NCBI GenBank assembly: GCA_963737255.1
Contig: CAVTSB010000001.1
Span: 528,379-592,378 of the forward strand
Direction: 5' to 3'
Length of the DNA: 64,000 nt
Source of the DNA: an uncultured Bacteroidales bacterium
GTDB taxonomy: Bacteria > Bacteroidota > Bacteroidia > Bacteroidales > VadinHA17
Part shown: piece by piece, positions 62,475 to 64,000 of the stretch
Numbering within the stretch: the stretch's first letter is position 1
Layout: every line of letters begins with the position of its first letter
Notes under the pieces: model-generated
Database searches by the model: none
Told to the model about the DNA's origin: nothing
The model's input: only the letters and a program-made list of their open reading frames with translations
Translations under genes and position numbers: made by a program

Positions 62475-63488
62475 ATGAATAAATCAATTGTTGTCTGTCT
62501 GATTGTCATATTATCAGTAATTTCCGGTGTGTCGTGTGTTCCGGGCAAAAAATTCAGGGAGCTTCAGAAAACAAACACGCAAAACCTGATTGAACGCGAC
62601 GATTTCAAAGCCGCGAACCTGAAACTGACAATGCAAAACAGGGAGCTTGAAACGAAACAGGAGGCGCTTGTAAAGGAGATGGAAAACCTGAAGAAGGAAT
62701 ACGCACTTGCCGATATGGAAAGGAACAGGGCAAAGGAAGAGCTGAGCCTTGTCTCTGACAGGTACAACAACCTGCAAAGTGCCCAGGAGGAGCTTATCCG
62801 CGGAAATGTGAGTGAGACAAAGAAGCTTCTCACCGAACTTCAGGCTGCCCAGGCTGACCTGAAGCAGAAAGAGGATGTTCTCCGGCAGCTTGAACAGTCG
62901 ATGGATATGAAGAAGATCTCCCTTGATGAGCTTACCCTGGAGCTTGAAAGGAAAAATGCAAGGATGGCCGAGCTTGAAAAGATACTTGACGATCAGAAGA
63001 GAATTGTTGAGGAGCTCAGGCGCAAGGTTTCGGAGGCATTGCTCGGATTTGAAAATAACGGACTTACAATTAGCAACAGGAACGGCAAAGTATATGTGTC
63101 GCTTGACGAGAAGCTGCTGTTCAAAACAGCAAGCTGGGACATTGATGCAAACGGCAGGAATGCCCTGAAGAAGCTGGCAGGCGTGCTTGAAAAGAATACT
63201 GATATCCAGGTAACCATTGAGGGACATACCGATAATGTACCCTACAAGCCGGGCTCGGGGCAGCTCAGGGATAACTGGGATCTAAGCGTTAAAAGAGCGA
63301 CTACGGTTGTACGGGTTTTGCTTGAGGGGTCAAAAATCAAACCGGAGAGGCTGACTGCAACGGGAAGGAGTGAATACCTGCCCGTTGAAGCAGGCAATAC
63401 CCCCGAAGCGAGGCAGAAGAACAGGAGGACAGAGATTATTCTTACCCCGGACCTTTCGGAACTCTATGATTTGATCAATAAGTATTAA
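62475..63488 (+). CDS. OmpA/MotB-family lipoprotein with long coiled coil
   Basis: Lipobox VSCV; GKVYVSL.EKLLF, IEGHTDN, NWDLSVKRA, KNRRTEIILTP. Confidence 0.92.
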   Translation: MNKSIVVCLIVILSVISGVSCVPGKKFRELQKTNTQNLIERDDFKAANLKLTMQNRELETKQEALVKEMENLKKEYALADMERNRAKEELSLVSDRYNNLQSAQEELIRGNVSETKKLLTELQAAQADLKQKEDVLRQLEQSMDMKKISLDELTLELERKNARMAELEKILDDQKRIVEELRRKVSEALLGFENNGLTISNRNGKVYVSLDEKLLFKTASWDIDANGRNALKKLAGVLEKNTDIQVTIEGHTDNVPYKPGSGQLRDNWDLSVKRATTVVRVLLEGSKIKPERLTATGRSEYLPVEAGNTPEARQKNRRTEIILTPDLSELYDLINKY

Positions 63489-63491
63489 AAA

Positions 63492-63537
63492 ATATGTCTT
63501 ATAATACGTATTATATACGTCTTATAATATGTATTTA
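63492..63537. repeat. AT-rich ~12-bp unit repeat / palindrome between convergent genes
   Basis: ATATGTCTTATA-ATACGTATTAT-ATACGTCTTATA-ATATGTATTTA; TATAATACGTATTATA is self-complementary; same units as 772-807. Confidence 0.7.
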
Positions 63538-63545
63538 ATTCGCAA

Positions 63546-64000
63546 TCACTCCTTAAATTCCTGCAACCTTACCTTCATATTCTTCAGGGCTTCGAGCAAA
63601 TTTTCCTCGGGTTTGAGAAAATCCTGATTTCCCCAGAATACCGGATCATAGGTCGTAATGGTTTTCGAAAAGATTGAATGGATCGGTGCCAGTTCTTCCC
63701 GGTCAAATCTTTCCACATTTTGCAGATCGATATCAGTCACTGCCATTTCGAAAAAGACATTGAACTGGGTGTTAAAGAGCTTTTTCTTTTGTCTCGATGC
63801 GAAGACCAGGTCTCCCCTGACGTGGCTTAAAAAATACCTGTTGTCCAACTTACGGTAGCTCACTGAGTATTTAACTGAAACCGGCCAGGTTGTAAATTCC
63901 TTTGACGGGCTTGAAATGAATTTATCCTTCATCCTTTGAAGAAACCTGGGATTGATCTCAAAATCGGCTCGAAGAATGGCATAATCGGTTGTATTTATGA
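63546..64000 (-). CDS. C-terminus of a conserved Bacteroidota protein (probably carboxypeptidase-like regulatory domain family); partial
   Basis: Open frame from the window edge; YFLSHVRGDL...YDPVFWGNQDFLKPEENL. Confidence 0.6.
   Translation of the reverse strand, partial: INTTDYAILRADFEINPRFLQRMKDKFISSPSKEFTTWPVSVKYSVSYRKLDNRYFLSHVRGDLVFASRQKKKLFNTQFNVFFEMAVTDIDLQNVERFDREELAPIHSIFSKTITTYDPVFWGNQDFLKPEENLLEALKNMKVRLQEFKE

Overview
Bacteroidota (Bacteroidales-like) chromosomal DNA, judged from TAnnTTTG promoters, a T9SS C-terminal domain, an ECF sigma/FecR pair and DUF4251/DUF1080 genes. Housekeeping or core-like genes occupy both ends: a GH55 glucanase, a phosphoesterase and a PQQ dehydrogenase with cytochrome c on the left; dxs and an OmpA/MotB-family gene on the right. 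Between them lies a roughly 50-kb, mostly AT-rich accessory region running from the 3' end of tRNA-Leu(CAA) (59126-59209, minus strand). Its most notable content is a decayed, integron-like array (~13.3-20 kb and ~32.6-49.5 kb) of about 25 unrelated single genes, all on the + strand. Several genes are bracketed by their own mutually complementary 9-15 bp ends (GTTnnnnnn ... nnnnnnAAT/AAA). They are separated not by short attC hairpins but by long (up to ~380-510 bp) mosaic repeat elements. One element family has nine 5' copies, carries a GGTGC-GAA-GCACC mini-hairpin and ends in TTTTGATGATTTATAACGA-GTT. No integron integrase or other recombinase is visible; the only mobility gene is a frameshifted REP-associated HUH (Y1) transposase containing its own REP palindromes. 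Other cargo: a sigma-54 two-component system with MacB-type permeases, a GH120-like xylosidase, higBA with a nonsense-truncated toxin, a DUF3883 nuclease, perR-katG, and a split-Soret-like cytochrome with cysteine desulfurase and DsrE. Many genes carry single-base frameshifts that may be assembly errors. All family calls come from motif recognition by eye, not database searches.
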